Assembly (NCBI GenBank): GCA_965366365.1
Contig: CBDUEV010000007.1
Location: 774-64,773 of the forward strand
Direction of reading: 5' to 3'
Source of the DNA: an uncultured Acidimicrobiia bacterium
GTDB lineage: Bacteria; Actinomycetota; Acidimicrobiia; Spongiisociales; JAENVV01
Length of the DNA stretch: 64,000 nucleotides
Under the pieces are notes generated by a model that was not told the DNA's origin, did no database searches, and worked only from the letters and a program-made list of their open reading frames with translations. Shown here one piece after another: positions 40,598 to 50,861 of this stretch (position 1 is its first letter; every line of letters starts with the position of its first letter). The translations under genes were made by a program, and so were the position numbers.

Positions 40598-41547
40598 CAG
40601 GCGCTCTCCGCCGCTTCCGAGCCGGTCGACAACGACAGGCCCAGCTCGTCGAGCTTGGCGATGACCTCTTCGAGGCTCTTCTGGCCGAAGTTGGTGATGT
40701 TGAGCAGGTCGTCCTCTGACTTGATGACCAGCTCACCAACCGTCTTGACCTGGGCGCGGCGCAGGCAGTTGCGGGGCCGTTCCGAGAGGTCGAGGGCTTC
40801 AATCGGCAGTTCCAGGTCGGGCGAACCCGACTCAGGGACCGAGATCTCACCGAGTTCGAGACCAACGCCTTCGCCGATATCGGCGAAGAGACCGAGAAGT
40901 TCGCGCAGTGTCTTGCCCGCCGAGGAGACCGCCTCGCCAGGAGAGAGGGCACCACTCGTCTCGATGTCGAGGACGAGGCGCTCGAAGTTGGTCATCTGAC
41001 CGACCTGGGTGCTCTCTACGCGGTACGCCACCTTGCGAACCGGGGAGAAGATCGAGTCGACGGGGATCACGCCGATCGTCTCAGTGCCCGGGCTCTTGAT
41101 GGCCGTCCGATAGCCGACACCCTGTTCTACGGTGAGTTCCATCTCGAGACGCCCACTCGACGAGAGGGTGGCGAGGTGGAGGTCCTTGTTGATGATCTCG
41201 ACACCGCTGGGGCACTTGAGAGCACCGGCGGTCACATCCCCGGAGCCCTTGGCCGACAGGTAGAGCGTTTGCGGCTCGTTGTCTTCCATCGACACGACGA
41301 TCTGCTTGACATTGAGGATGATGTCGACGACATCCTCCACCACGCCTTTGACCGTCCCGAACTCGTGCTGGGCACCTTCGATCTGGAGGGTCGTGACAGC
41401 CGCGCCGGGGATGCGGGACAGCAAGGTCCGGCGCAGGGTGTTGCCGAGGGTGTATCCGAACCCCGGCTCCAGAGGTTCCACCCTGAACAGCGCACGATTG
41501 TCGGATACGGACTCTTCTTCAATTTGAGGACGCTGAACAATCAACAC
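40597..41547 (-). CDS. rpoA: DNA-directed RNA polymerase subunit alpha
   Basis: [25 protein letters not shown]-terminal domain and a C-terminal domain with [21 protein letters not shown]. Confidence 0.97.
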   Translation of the reverse strand: MLIVQRPQIEEESVSDNRALFRVEPLEPGFGYTLGNTLRRTLLSRIPGAAVTTLQIEGAQHEFGTVKGVVEDVVDIILNVKQIVVSMEDNEPQTLYLSAKGSGDVTAGALKCPSGVEIINKDLHLATLSSSGRLEMELTVEQGVGYRTAIKSPGTETIGVIPVDSIFSPVRKVAYRVESTQVGQMTNFERLVLDIETSGALSPGEAVSSAGKTLRELLGLFADIGEGVGLELGEISVPESGSPDLELPIEALDLSERPRNCLRRAQVKTVGELVIKSEDDLLNITNFGQKSLEEVIAKLDELGLSLSTGSEAAESA

Positions 41548-41556
41548 AATGGGTTC

Positions 41557-42162
41557 CTACTTCGAGTAAAGCTCAACAATGAGCTGTTCCTGGATGGGGG
41601 TATCGATCTGTGCCCGGTTGGGCCGGTCGATAATCGAAATCGTTCGAGAGTCCTTGGCAACGGTCATCCACTCGGGCGCACCGGAGTCGAGGGTGTCGAC
41701 GGCGTGCTGGATGATGACGAGGTCCTTGCTCCGTTCCTTCACGGTGACGACGTCACCGCCGCGCACCTGATAGGAGGGGATGTCGACCTTCTTGCCGTTG
41801 ACCTGGAAATGACCGTGATTCACGAGCTGCCGGGCCTGTGCGCGGGTGGCGGCCAGTCCACCCCGATAGACCACGTTGTCGAGGCGCGACTCGAGGAGGG
41901 TCAGAAGGTTGTCGCCCGTGATCCCCTTCTGACGAGCCGCTTCTTGGTAATAGCGACGGAACTGCCGTTCCAGCACGCCATACATGTAACGCAGCTTCTG
42001 CTTCTCGCGGAGCTGGATCAGGTAATCGGTCTCGCGGACGCGTCCGCGACCGTGCTCCCCTGGCGGGTAGGGACGTTGATCAACCGGACATTTCTTGGTC
42101 TGGCAAAGGGGGGTGCCGGCGCGACGACAAGGCTTGTGGGTGGGTCCGAGGTAGCGGGCCAT
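41557..42162 (-). CDS. rpsD: 30S ribosomal protein S4
   Basis: MARYLGP..., YGVLERQFRRYY, S4 RNA-binding domain. Confidence 0.96.
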   Translation of the reverse strand: MARYLGPTHKPCRRAGTPLCQTKKCPVDQRPYPPGEHGRGRVRETDYLIQLREKQKLRYMYGVLERQFRRYYQEAARQKGITGDNLLTLLESRLDNVVYRGGLAATRAQARQLVNHGHFQVNGKKVDIPSYQVRGGDVVTVKERSKDLVIIQHAVDTLDSGAPEWMTVAKDSRTISIIDRPNRAQIDTPIQEQLIVELYSK

Positions 42163-42554
42163 CAGCGCATCCTCCGCTTCTTCGGACGGCAGCCGTTGTG
42201 TGGCATGGGAGTCACGTCCTTGATGCCGGTCACTTCGATCCCCATGTTCTGAAGGGTCCGGACCGCCGTGTCCCGGCCGGAACCGGTCCCGCTGACGACC
42301 ACGTCGAGTTTCCGGATGCCGTGCTCGCCTGCTTGACGGGCGGCTTCCTCGGCGGCGACTTGGGCGGCGTACGGCGTCGACTTGCGAGATCCCTTGAATC
42401 CCACCGAACCACCAGATGTCCAGACGACCGTGTTGCCGCCCTGGTCACTGATGTTGATGATGGTGTTGTTGAAAGACGCCTTGATATGAGCCACGCCGTG
42501 GGAGATGTTCTTGCGCTCCCGTCGGCGTACTCGACGCTGCTGTTGCTCGGCCAC
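42162..42554 (-). CDS. rpsK: 30S ribosomal protein S11
   Basis: [18 protein letters not shown]...[14 protein letters not shown]. Confidence 0.96.
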   Translation of the reverse strand: MAEQQQRRVRRRERKNISHGVAHIKASFNNTIINISDQGGNTVVWTSGGSVGFKGSRKSTPYAAQVAAEEAARQAGEHGIRKLDVVVSGTGSGRDTAVRTLQNMGIEVTGIKDVTPMPHNGCRPKKRRMR

Positions 42555-42570
42555 GTATCCTCCGAAACCT

Positions 42571-42948
42571 TTACTTCGTCACTTTTTTCTTGCCGGCGAT
42601 GGCGACACGCTTGCCCTTACGGGTGCGTGCATTGGTATGAGTGCGCTGGCCGCGCACCGGGAGGCCCCGCCGGTGACGGATCCCCTGATAGCAGCCGATT
42701 TCGACCTTGCGCTTGATGTTCTGCGACACTTCGCGGCGCAGGTCGCCTTCGACGCGGTAGTTCTGGTCGATGAAGCGACGGATGCGCAGGACCTCGTCCT
42801 CGGTGAGGTCACGAACACGGGTGTTCGGATCGAGTTCGAGAGCAGAGATCATCTGATTGGAGCGGGTCAGACCGATTCCAAAGATGTACGTGAGTGCGAC
42901 CTCGAGACGCTTCTCGCGTGGGAGGTCAACTCCGGCAATACGGGCCAT
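42571..42948 (-). CDS. rpsM: 30S ribosomal protein S13
   Basis: [14 protein letters not shown]...[17 protein letters not shown]. Confidence 0.96.
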   Translation of the reverse strand: MARIAGVDLPREKRLEVALTYIFGIGLTRSNQMISALELDPNTRVRDLTEDEVLRIRRFIDQNYRVEGDLRREVSQNIKRKVEIGCYQGIRHRRGLPVRGQRTHTNARTRKGKRVAIAGKKKVTK

Positions 42949-42955
42949 ACTTCAA

Positions 42956-43069
42956 CTACCCCTGACGCTGCTTGTGGCGAGGATTCGAGCAAATCACCCA
43001 GACGCGCCCATGGCGACGGATGATCCGACACTTCTCACACATCTTCTTGGCGGATGGACGTACCTTCAT
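42956..43069 (-). CDS. rpmJ: 50S ribosomal protein L36 (Cys3-His zinc type)
   Basis: Not in the ORF track because it is under 60 aa. Hand translation gives [37 protein letters not shown] with a stop. GGAG lies 8 nt upstream. Confidence 0.93.
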   Translation of the reverse strand: MKVRPSAKKMCEKCRIIRRHGRVWVICSNPRHKQRQG

Positions 43070-43202
43070 GTCAAAACTCCGTGCCGATAAACGCACACGC
43101 GCGCCACAAAATCGGACGGGCGGATGGCTGGACCATTGATCTGCGTGCTCCGTTCAGGCATACGAAACGAAGCCCCAAGACCGAAAGGAAAGACTAGCCT
43201 CC

Positions 43203-43982
43203 TCATCCTTCGCTCCACAAATCGGACGGTATCTCGGCGGGGGTCGTCAGCACTTTGACACCGTCTTGGGTGAGCGCCACGGTGTGCTCGAAGTGGGCCG
43301 AAAGACTGTCGTCGGCGGTGACGACGGTCCATCCATCCTCTTCGACCCGCGTGTCGGCGCCGCCCAGGTTGAACATCGGCTCTATGCAGATCGCCATGCC
43401 CACTTTGAGTTTCATTCCCTTGCCGCGTTCGCCGTAGTTGGGGACCTCGGGCTTTTCGTGCATGTTGCGGCCGATCCCGTGGCCTACGTATTCGCGAACG
43501 ATGCCGTAGCCGCCGGCCGCCCCGACCTCCTGCACGGCCGCGCCGACGTCGCCGATTCGGGCACCCACCTCCACCGCTTCGATCCCGGCCCACATGGCCT
43601 TCTCGGTGGTATCCATCAGGCGTTGCACGTCGTCTGAGACCTCTCCGATGCCGAAGGTGATGGCAGCGTCGGCGTGATACCCCTGAAAGATGGCCCCGGC
43701 GTCGACGGACAGGATGTCGCCTTGGCGAACGGGGTCGGCGGTGGGGATGCCGTGGACGATGACGGAATTGGGGGATGTGCAGATATGGGCCGGAAAGCCG
43801 TTGTAGTTGAGGAAGGAGGGGTGGCAGTCGTGTTCGGCGATGACGCGCGCCGCGATGGTGTCGAGTTCGAGCATGGTGACGCCGGGGACCGCCGCCTTCT
43901 TCACCGCGGCATGGACCGCCGCCACGCACTTGCCCGCCACCGCCATCTTGGCGAAATCCTCGGGTCGTTTGATCGTGATCAT
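43203..43982 (-). CDS. map: Type I methionine aminopeptidase
   Basis: MITIKRPEDFAKM..., metal ligands in DAGAIFQGYHADAA, HGIG, EPM. ATGA overlap with the adk stop. Confidence 0.93.
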   Translation of the reverse strand: MITIKRPEDFAKMAVAGKCVAAVHAAVKKAAVPGVTMLELDTIAARVIAEHDCHPSFLNYNGFPAHICTSPNSVIVHGIPTADPVRQGDILSVDAGAIFQGYHADAAITFGIGEVSDDVQRLMDTTEKAMWAGIEAVEVGARIGDVGAAVQEVGAAGGYGIVREYVGHGIGRNMHEKPEVPNYGERGKGMKLKVGMAICIEPMFNLGGADTRVEEDGWTVVTADDSLSAHFEHTVALTQDGVKVLTTPAEIPSDLWSEG

Positions 43983-44620
43983 GGCAGCGCGAGGCTGGAG
44001 GCGATGGCGGCCTCGACCTCGGCGAGTTCGCCCACCCCACCGATCTCGTGGAGCGTCAACCCAGCTGTGCGGTAATAGTCGACGAGTGGTTCGGTTTGGG
44101 CTCGGTACACGTCGAGACGGTTTCGCACCACCGATTCGGAGTCGTCTTCCCGCTGGTGGAGTGGCTCCCCACACACGTCGCAGAGGCCCTCTCGGGAGGG
44201 CGGGTTGTCGTCGACGTGGTAGACGTGTTGGTTCGGGCAGGTGCGCCGACCCGAGATGCGACGGACGATCTCGTCGTCGGGCACCACGATGAGGACGGCG
44301 GCGTCGAGGCCCTGATCTCCCAACTCTTTGGTGAGGGCTTCGGCCTGAGCAACGTTGCGGGGAAAGCCATCGAGAATGAAGCCGGCGGCCGCATCCTCGC
44401 GGGCGATCCGCTCTTTCAGCATTCCGATGACGAGCTCGTCCGACACCAGGTCTCCGGCCGCCATGATGTCACGAGCCTTGAGACCGAGTTCGGTCTCGGC
44501 TGCGACCGCCTCCCTCAACATGTTGCCCGTGGCGATGTGGGGAATCCCGGCCCGATCGGCAACCCGAACCGCCTGAGTCCCCTTCCCTGCCCCGGGAGGC
44601 CCCAAGAACAACAACCTCAT
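43979..44620 (-). CDS. adk: Adenylate kinase (Cys4 lid)
   Basis: LGPPGAGKGTQA P-loop. The lid has RRTCPNQHVY...CDVCG. Confidence 0.95.
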   Translation of the reverse strand: MRLLFLGPPGAGKGTQAVRVADRAGIPHIATGNMLREAVAAETELGLKARDIMAAGDLVSDELVIGMLKERIAREDAAAGFILDGFPRNVAQAEALTKELGDQGLDAAVLIVVPDDEIVRRISGRRTCPNQHVYHVDDNPPSREGLCDVCGEPLHQREDDSESVVRNRLDVYRAQTEPLVDYYRTAGLTLHEIGGVGELAEVEAAIASSLALP

Positions 44621-44684
44621 GATCCACCCCCTGCAGTTCTGAAAGAACTGCCGACGACTCCGAAGCGAAGCGAAGGAAAGCCGC

Positions 44685-45998
44685 TCAAGTGAGGAATCCT
44701 TCGTAGTTGCGCATGGTGAGCTGGCTCTCGATCTGCTTCATGGTCTCGAGGGCAACTCCGACCACGATGAGCAGTGACACCCCGCTGAAAGCGATCTGAA
44801 GATTCCAGATCACCGCCGCCAGGGCGGGCAGGATGGTGATGATTCCGAGGAAGAGTGCGCCAGGCAGGGTGATGCGATTGAGGATGTGCTCGAGGTGTCG
44901 CTCGGTGGCCGTGCCGGGACGGACACCCGGAATGAAGCCGCCCTGCCGCTGGATCGAGTCGGCTTGCTTGCGGGGGTCGAACTGGATCGCCGTATAGAAG
45001 TAGGTGAAGAACACCACCAGGAAGAACAGCAGGAAGATATAGGCCCAGGTCTGACCCTGCGCGAGGGCCAGGTTTTCGTCGACCCAGTTGCGAACGGCGA
45101 TCACGACCGTGTTCTCCTGGGCGGGGATGAGGGTGACCAGCAGCGCCGGGAAGGTGAGTACGGACGACGCGAAGATCACCGGAATGACGCCGGCGGTGTT
45201 GACTTTGAGCGGGATGTAGGTGGCGTTGCCCCCCATCACCCGTCGGCCCCGTACCCGTTTGGCGAATTGGATGGGGATGCGGCGCTGACCTTGTTCGACG
45301 AAGAGAATCGCCACCACCATCAGCAGGAAGATGGCCATCATGGTGATGAACCGTCCCCACCGCCCGACCTGGGCGGTCTGGAGATAGATGCCGCTGAATT
45401 GCCCCGGCAGGGCAGCAATGATGCTCACGAAGATGATGAGCGACATCCCGTTGCCGACACCCTTCTGGGTGATCTGCTCACCGAGCCACATGATGAAGGC
45501 GGTACCGGCCGTCATGGTGACCACCACGAGAGCTGCGCGGGCCGGCGAGTAGTTGGGCAGCAGGACGATGCCGCCCGTCAGGGTGCCGTTTGCGAAGAGC
45601 ACGCTGAGGGTGGTCGCTTGGAGCACCGCCAGCACCACGGTGAGATAGCGCGTCCACTGGGTGATGGTCTTCTGGCCGGAGGCCCCTTCTTCCTGGAGGG
45701 TTTGGAGGCGAGGAATCACCACGGCCAGGAGCTGCATGATGATCGAGGCGGTGATGTAAGGGAGAATCCCCAGCGAGAACACCGAGAAGCTTTCGAGAGC
45801 ACCGCCCGAGAACAGGTTGAGGAGCCCGAAGATGCCGCCGCTCTGGCTGGCATCGGTGAGATCCTGGACAGCCCCGAGATCCGTGTACGGCACCGGCACC
45901 GCCGCGCCCAACCGGTAGACCGCGAAGATGAACAGCGTGAAGAGGATCTTCTTGCGAAGGTCCGGGATTGTGAACATGTGCCGATAGACAGCAAGCAT
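44685..45998 (-). CDS. secY: Preprotein translocase subunit SecY
   Basis: 10-TM protein with IPDLRKKILFTL and GILPYITASIIMQLL. Canonical position. Confidence 0.96.
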   Translation of the reverse strand: MLAVYRHMFTIPDLRKKILFTLFIFAVYRLGAAVPVPYTDLGAVQDLTDASQSGGIFGLLNLFSGGALESFSVFSLGILPYITASIIMQLLAVVIPRLQTLQEEGASGQKTITQWTRYLTVVLAVLQATTLSVLFANGTLTGGIVLLPNYSPARAALVVVTMTAGTAFIMWLGEQITQKGVGNGMSLIIFVSIIAALPGQFSGIYLQTAQVGRWGRFITMMAIFLLMVVAILFVEQGQRRIPIQFAKRVRGRRVMGGNATYIPLKVNTAGVIPVIFASSVLTFPALLVTLIPAQENTVVIAVRNWVDENLALAQGQTWAYIFLLFFLVVFFTYFYTAIQFDPRKQADSIQRQGGFIPGVRPGTATERHLEHILNRITLPGALFLGIITILPALAAVIWNLQIAFSGVSLLIVVGVALETMKQIESQLTMRNYEGFLT

Positions 45999-46034
45999 CT
46001 GAGTTTCAGCCTCTCGAGGTAGGCGCTTGGGTGA

Positions 46035-46481
46035 TTATTCGATGACTTCGACGGACCCGCCGGCCGCTTCGATTTTTTCTTGAGCGCCCTTGGAGAACTT
46101 GTGGGCTTTGACCGTGAGGGCGGTGGTGATGTCGCCGTCGGCCAGGACCTTCACACGGCCCTTCTTCTTGACCAGCCCCGCCGCCCTGAGCGACTCAGGG
46201 GTGACCGTCGACTTGGCCGAGAACACTTCGAGGTCCTCCACGTTGACGACCGTGAAGATCTCCTTGTTGGGGTTCTTGAATCCCCGCAACTGGGGCAGGC
46301 GACGCTGCAGCGGAACGCGTCCACCTTCGAAACCGGGCCGGATGGTATTGCGCGCCTTGGTTCCCTTCGTGCCGCGTCCGGCCGTCTTGCCGCGCCGACC
46401 GGCTTCACCGCGTCCGACCCGAATCTTCTTCTTCTTCGAGCCTTCAGCGGGCTTGAGATGATGCAGTTTCAACTGTCCCAT
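46035..46481 (-). CDS. rplO: 50S ribosomal protein L15
   Basis: LKPAEGSKKKKIRVGRGEAGRRGKTAGRGTKG. Confidence 0.95.
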   Translation of the reverse strand: MGQLKLHHLKPAEGSKKKKIRVGRGEAGRRGKTAGRGTKGTKARNTIRPGFEGGRVPLQRRLPQLRGFKNPNKEIFTVVNVEDLEVFSAKSTVTPESLRAAGLVKKKGRVKVLADGDITTALTVKAHKFSKGAQEKIEAAGGSVEVIE

Positions 46482-46485
46482 GGTT

Positions 46486-46671
46486 CTACTTTTCCTCTAC
46501 TTCAACGAGGTGCGCCACTGCGTGGATCATCCCTCGGATCTCCGGCGTATCGCGGTGCTCCACGGTCTGACGCATCTTGCGCAGACCGAGCCCGCGAACC
46601 GTTGCACGGTTCTTCGGTTTCTCGCCGATGAGGCTCTTGCTGAGCGTCACGGAAATGGTCTTGTCAGCCAT
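46486..46671 (-). CDS. rpmD: 50S ribosomal protein L30
   Basis: 61 aa with [11 protein letters not shown]...TVRGLGLRK. Position between rpsE and rplO. Confidence 0.92.
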   Translation of the reverse strand: MADKTISVTLSKSLIGEKPKNRATVRGLGLRKMRQTVEHRDTPEIRGMIHAVAHLVEVEEK

Positions 46672-46677
46672 GGAGTC

Positions 46678-47244
46678 CTACTTCTGCTTTGAGTGAGCTC
46701 GGACCATCTCGGTGGACCGATACGCTGCCAACAGTCCTGGCGGGGTGATCTCCTCCGGAGACTTCCCGCGCAAGCGGGCAACCTCGTCCGGCCGGCGCTG
46801 TTGGCGCAAACCGTTCATGGCAGCCTGAGCGGTGTTGAGGTGGTTGGGTGAGCCCAGCGATTTGGCCAGCACGTCTTTGATCCCCGCCGCCTCGAGGATC
46901 TGGCGGACCGACCCTCCGGCAATCACACCGGTTCCGGGGGCAGCGGGCTTCAGAAGGATACGCGAGGCGCCGTGGCGGCCGATCGTCTTGTGGACGATCG
47001 TGCTCCCGGCCATCGGCACCAGTTCCATCGACTTCCGGGCATCTTCCATGCCTTTTTGGATGGCGACCGGAACCTCTCTGGCCTTGCCGTAGCCGATCCC
47101 AACTCTTCCGGCGCCGTCACCGACCACGCACAGAGCGGTGAAGGAGAATCGGCGTCCACCTTTGACGACTTTGGCGACGCGGTTGATCTCGACGACTCTC
47201 TCGTCGTACTGCGATTCCTTGTCGCCTCGTTGTTGTCGTGCCAT
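46678..47244 (-). CDS. rpsE: 30S ribosomal protein S5
   Basis: [28 protein letters not shown]... Confidence 0.96.
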   Translation of the reverse strand: MARQQRGDKESQYDERVVEINRVAKVVKGGRRFSFTALCVVGDGAGRVGIGYGKAREVPVAIQKGMEDARKSMELVPMAGSTIVHKTIGRHGASRILLKPAAPGTGVIAGGSVRQILEAAGIKDVLAKSLGSPNHLNTAQAAMNGLRQQRRPDEVARLRGKSPEEITPPGLLAAYRSTEMVRAHSKQK

Positions 47245-47246
47245 GT

Positions 47247-47600
47247 CTAGAACTCCAATCCCGCCGAGCGGGCTCCGTCGGCCAGTGCTTTGACCCGACC
47301 ATGGAAGGGAAAGCCTCCGCGATCGAAGACGACCGTCGAGACCCCTGCTTCCTTGGCGCGCTCCGCCACCAGCTTGCCGACCTCGCCGGCGGTGTCCACC
47401 GTCAGGGTCTTCGCACGGAGATCCTTCTCCTGTGACGAGGCCGCGGCGAGCGTCTTGCCCGCCACGTCATCGATGACCTGGGCGTAGATATACCGGTTGC
47501 TCCTGAACACGGCCAATCGGGGCCGGGTGGGAGTCCCTGAAAGCTTTTTGCGGACCCGCCGATGACGGGTGACGCGTGCTGCTCCTCGTGATGCACTCAT
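47247..47600 (-). CDS. rplR: 50S ribosomal protein L18
   Basis: [20 protein letters not shown]...[20 protein letters not shown]. Confidence 0.95.
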   Translation of the reverse strand: MSASRGAARVTRHRRVRKKLSGTPTRPRLAVFRSNRYIYAQVIDDVAGKTLAAASSQEKDLRAKTLTVDTAGEVGKLVAERAKEAGVSTVVFDRGGFPFHGRVKALADGARSAGLEF

Positions 47601-48139
47601 CGTGCCACTCCTGCCTTACCGGCCTTGCGGCGGACATGCTCGTTGACGTACCGGATTCCCTTGCCCTTGTAGGGCTCGGGCGGTTTGACGCCTCGAATGT
47701 CTGCGGCCACCTGGCCGACCAGTTCCTTGTCGATGCCAGAAACGGAGATCTTGGTCGGTTCCGGCACGTCGATGGTGATTCCGTCGGGGGTCTCCATCTG
47801 GACGGAGTGACTGAACCCGACCTGCAGTTCGAGCGTCTTGCCCTTCATGGCTGCCCGGTATCCGACCCCGACCACCGACAGCTCTTTCTGGTACCCCTCC
47901 GATACGCCGGTCACCATGTTGGCGATGAGCGCCCGGAAGAGGCCATGCTGGGCGCGGGACTCTCGGGCGTCGTCGGCGCGGACCACCACGATCTGGTCGT
48001 CCTCGACCGAGATCGTCACCCTGTCGGAGACTGTCCGTTCGAGCGAGCCCTTCGGGCCCTTCACGGAGACGTGTTGCCCCTTGACGGCCACCTCGACACC
48101 CTTTGGCACGGGGATCGGTTGTTTTCCTATTCGACTCAT
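47597..48139 (-). CDS. rplF: 50S ribosomal protein L6
   Basis: [17 protein letters not shown]...GKGIRY. Confidence 0.96.
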   Translation of the reverse strand: MSRIGKQPIPVPKGVEVAVKGQHVSVKGPKGSLERTVSDRVTISVEDDQIVVVRADDARESRAQHGLFRALIANMVTGVSEGYQKELSVVGVGYRAAMKGKTLELQVGFSHSVQMETPDGITIDVPEPTKISVSGIDKELVGQVAADIRGVKPPEPYKGKGIRYVNEHVRRKAGKAGVAR

Positions 48140-48141
48140 GG

Positions 48142-48537
48142 CTACCAGACCTCGCAGATGATCTCGCCGCCCAGTTTGCGCCGGCGTGCCTCACGGTCGG
48201 GCAAGAGCCCCTGGGACGTGGACACCACCACGATCCCCAGTCCACCTTGCGCACGGGGCAAATCGGTCGCCTTGGCATATACCCGGCGGCCGGGCGTGGA
48301 GACGCGCTTGATCCCGGAGATCACGCGTTCGCGATTGACGCCGTAGCGCAACGTGACGGTGAGTTCCTTGCCGGGACCCTTCTGGGCCACCTCGTAGCCG
48401 TCGATGTAGCCCTCGGCAGTGAGGATCTGTGCGATCCCCTCCTTGAGCTTCGATGACGGCATGGCGGCGTTTTCTTTCAGAACCATGTTCGCGTTGCGAA
48501 TCCTGGTCAACATGTCAGCAATCGGATCGGTCATCAT
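48142..48537 (-). CDS. rpsH: 30S ribosomal protein S8
   Basis: [16 protein letters not shown]... Confidence 0.96.
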   Translation of the reverse strand: MMTDPIADMLTRIRNANMVLKENAAMPSSKLKEGIAQILTAEGYIDGYEVAQKGPGKELTVTLRYGVNRERVISGIKRVSTPGRRVYAKATDLPRAQGGLGIVVVSTSQGLLPDREARRRKLGGEIICEVW

Positions 48538-48540
48538 GAT

Positions 48541-48726
48541 CTACCACGACGCCTTTCGCACACCGGGCAGTTCGCCCTGACGGGCGAGCTCCCTCACACA
48601 GATACGACACATGCCGAACCTCCGGAGATAAGCACGAGGCCGGCCACACCGCTGGCAGCGGTTGTACTGGCGGGACTTGAACTTGGCCTTCCGTTGCTGT
48701 TTTGCAATCAGTGATTTCTTCGCCAT
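48541..48726 (-). CDS. rpsN: 30S ribosomal protein S14, short zinc-binding type Z
   Basis: 61 aa with CQRCGRP...CRIC (CxxC...CxxC). Confidence 0.93.
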   Translation of the reverse strand: MAKKSLIAKQQRKAKFKSRQYNRCQRCGRPRAYLRRFGMCRICVRELARQGELPGVRKASW

Positions 48727-48738
48727 CTCAAATCCCTC

Positions 48739-49296
48739 TCAGGCCTGCACGGCTTGTTTGCGGAACGGGAACCCGAAGGCTTCGAGGAGAGCCCGTCCGT
48801 GATCGTCGGTTTCGGCGGTGGTGACGATGGTTATGTCCATCCCCCGCACCGTGGTGACCTTGTCGTAATCGATCTCCGGGAAGATCAGCTGTTCGGTGAC
48901 CCCGAAGGTGTAGTTGCCCCGCCCGTCGAACGACTTGGGGTTCAATCCTCGGAAGTCGCGTACGCGTGGGATCGCCACGGCGATGAGACGATCGAAGAAC
49001 TCCCACATCCGGTCTCCCCGCAGGGTGACCGAGGCGCCGACCGCTTGGCCCTCGCGAAGCTTGAAGCCGGCAATCGACTTCCTCGCCAGGTTGATGCGGG
49101 GCTGCTGTCCGGAGATCGTCGCCAAGTCGGAGACCACCGAATCGATGACCTTCTTGTCGGTCGTGGCGTCGCCACAACCGACGTTGATGACGATTTTGCT
49201 GATGCGAGGCACCTGCATCGCATTGGCCAGTTCGAGTTTGGTGCGCAGCGCGTCGGCTACCTCTTCCTGGTACTTGGTCTTGAGGCGCGGGGTCAC
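48739..49296 (-). CDS. rplE: 50S ribosomal protein L5
   Basis: [15 protein letters not shown]..., [18 protein letters not shown]. Confidence 0.96.
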   Translation of the reverse strand: MTPRLKTKYQEEVADALRTKLELANAMQVPRISKIVINVGCGDATTDKKVIDSVVSDLATISGQQPRINLARKSIAGFKLREGQAVGASVTLRGDRMWEFFDRLIAVAIPRVRDFRGLNPKSFDGRGNYTFGVTEQLIFPEIDYDKVTTVRGMDITIVTTAETDDHGRALLEAFGFPFRKQAVQA

Positions 49297-49595
49297 AGCT
49301 CACCTCCACACTTCCGGCACACCCGATGCTTCGAGCGTCCTTCACCCTTGTACCCGATCCTGGTCGGACCGCAGGCTTTGCAGATGATCATCACGTTGGA
49401 CGAATCGATCGGCATGTCGCGATCGATGATCCCGCCCTGCTGGTTGGCCTGAGTGGGCTTCGAGTGACGCTTGGCGGTGGCCACGTTCTCGACGATGATC
49501 TTGCCCTTGGACGGGAACACCCTCGCGATCTTGGACTCCTTGCCGGCGTCTTTGCCCGAAATGACTTTCACGTTGTCACCAACGCGGAGTTTCAT
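49293..49595 (-). CDS. rplX: 50S ribosomal protein L24 (carries CxxC-x17-CxxC)
   Basis: KOW motif [15 protein letters not shown] and [13 protein letters not shown]. The C-terminus is [27 protein letters not shown]. Confidence 0.95.
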   Translation of the reverse strand: MKLRVGDNVKVISGKDAGKESKIARVFPSKGKIIVENVATAKRHSKPTQANQQGGIIDRDMPIDSSNVMIICKACGPTRIGYKGEGRSKHRVCRKCGGEL

Positions 49596-49964
49596 CTAGA
49601 TCACCTCCGGGGCGAGCGACACGATGCGCATGAATTTGGCATCACGAAGCTCGCGAGCGACAGGCCCGAAGATACGGGTGCCGCGTGGCTGACGGTTTGC
49701 ATCGATGATCACGCAGGCGTTGTCATCGAATCGGATGTACGTGCCGTCGGGGCGACGGCGTTCTTTGGCGGTCCGCACGACGACGGCTTTCACCACTTCA
49801 CCCTTCTTGACGTTCGAGTTGGGGATGGCTTCCTTGACCGTGGCGACGATGACGTCGCCCACACCGGCGTAACGCCGGTGGGACCCGCCCAACACACGGA
49901 TACAGAGCACCTCTCGGGCACCGCTGTTGTCCGCAACCTTGAGTCGAGATTCCTGCTGGATCAT
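49596..49964 (-). CDS. rplN: 50S ribosomal protein L14
   Basis: [19 protein letters not shown]... Start moved to ATG 49964, giving a 4-nt overlap with the rpsQ stop. Confidence 0.96.
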   Translation of the reverse strand: MIQQESRLKVADNSGAREVLCIRVLGGSHRRYAGVGDVIVATVKEAIPNSNVKKGEVVKAVVVRTAKERRRPDGTYIRFDDNACVIIDANRQPRGTRIFGPVARELRDAKFMRIVSLAPEVI

Positions 49965-50218
49965 CGCGCTCGCTCCACGATTTCCTCGAGGCGCCACCGC
50001 TTCGTCTTGGAGAGGGGCCGGGTCTCGACGATCTTGACCGTGTCACCCTTGCGGGCGTCGTTGTTCTCGTCGTGCGCTTGAAAACGAGTCGAACGCCGCA
50101 TGACCTTGCCGTATCTCGGATGGCGAGTGGAACTCTCGATCTCGACGGCAATCGTCTTGTCTCGGGCATCCGAGACGACCACGCCGACCCGCACCTTCCT
50201 CTGGCTTCGTTCGGTCAT
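49961..50218 (-). CDS. rpsQ: 30S ribosomal protein S17
   Basis: [19 protein letters not shown]...HPRYGKV...[11 protein letters not shown]. Start at MTERSQ (ATG 50218). Confidence 0.95.
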   Translation of the reverse strand: MTERSQRKVRVGVVVSDARDKTIAVEIESSTRHPRYGKVMRRSTRFQAHDENNDARKGDTVKIVETRPLSKTKRWRLEEIVERAR

Positions 50219-50448
50219 GACCCACCGTCCTCTTTGGCGAGCTGGAGGGCACTCCAAGCTTCCAGTTCCTGTTCGCGACCGATCGTCTTGATCCGGGCGA
50301 TTTCCTTCTTCACCTGCTTGAGGCGGGCCGTGTTGTCGAGCTGGTTGGTGGCGAGGGAGAACCTCAGGTTGAAGAGTTCCTCCTTCGCTTCGGCCAGTTT
50401 CTCGGCAAGCTCATCGACGGTGAGTTCACGCAACTTCTCGGTGTTCAT
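50215..50448 (-). CDS. rpmC: 50S ribosomal protein L29
   Basis: [25 protein letters not shown]. Confidence 0.93.
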   Translation of the reverse strand: MNTEKLRELTVDELAEKLAEAKEELFNLRFSLATNQLDNTARLKQVKKEIARIKTIGREQELEAWSALQLAKEDGGS

Positions 50449-50858
50449 GCGTCCTCCCGCTGTACGAATCGGGTCTTGACCGGCAGTTTGTGCCCGGCCT
50501 TCCTCATCGCCTCACGAGCGAGTTCTTCGCTCACGCCGGACAGTTCGAACATGACGCGTCCTGGCTTGACCACGGCCACCCAGAACTCCGGAGCGCCCTT
50601 GCCGGAACCCATCCGGGTCTCAGCAGGCTTGGCCGTCACCGGCTTGTGCGGGAAGATGTTGATCCACACCTTTCCGCCACGCTTGATGGTACGGGTGACG
50701 GCGACACGGGCGGATTCGATCTGTCGAGACGTGATCCAGCCCTCTTCGACAGCCTGGAGGCCGTAGTCGCCGAACGAGACCCGCGTGCCGCCCTTGGCAA
50801 CGCCGCGTCTCCGCCCGCGGTGCACCTTTCGGTACTTGGTCCGCTTTGGCATCAACAT
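50445..50858 (-). CDS. rplP: 50S ribosomal protein L16
   Basis: [16 protein letters not shown]... Confidence 0.96.
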   Translation of the reverse strand: MLMPKRTKYRKVHRGRRRGVAKGGTRVSFGDYGLQAVEEGWITSRQIESARVAVTRTIKRGGKVWINIFPHKPVTAKPAETRMGSGKGAPEFWVAVVKPGRVMFELSGVSEELAREAMRKAGHKLPVKTRFVQREDA

Positions 50859-50861
50859 GAT

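Noticed and set aside
43066-44040. 324-aa minus-strand ORF covering the map region, considered as a possible home for the missing infA
   Set aside because: It is in the wrong frame relative to the clear methionine aminopeptidase, its product is Arg/Gly/Pro-rich, and it has no IF-1-like S1 fold motifs.
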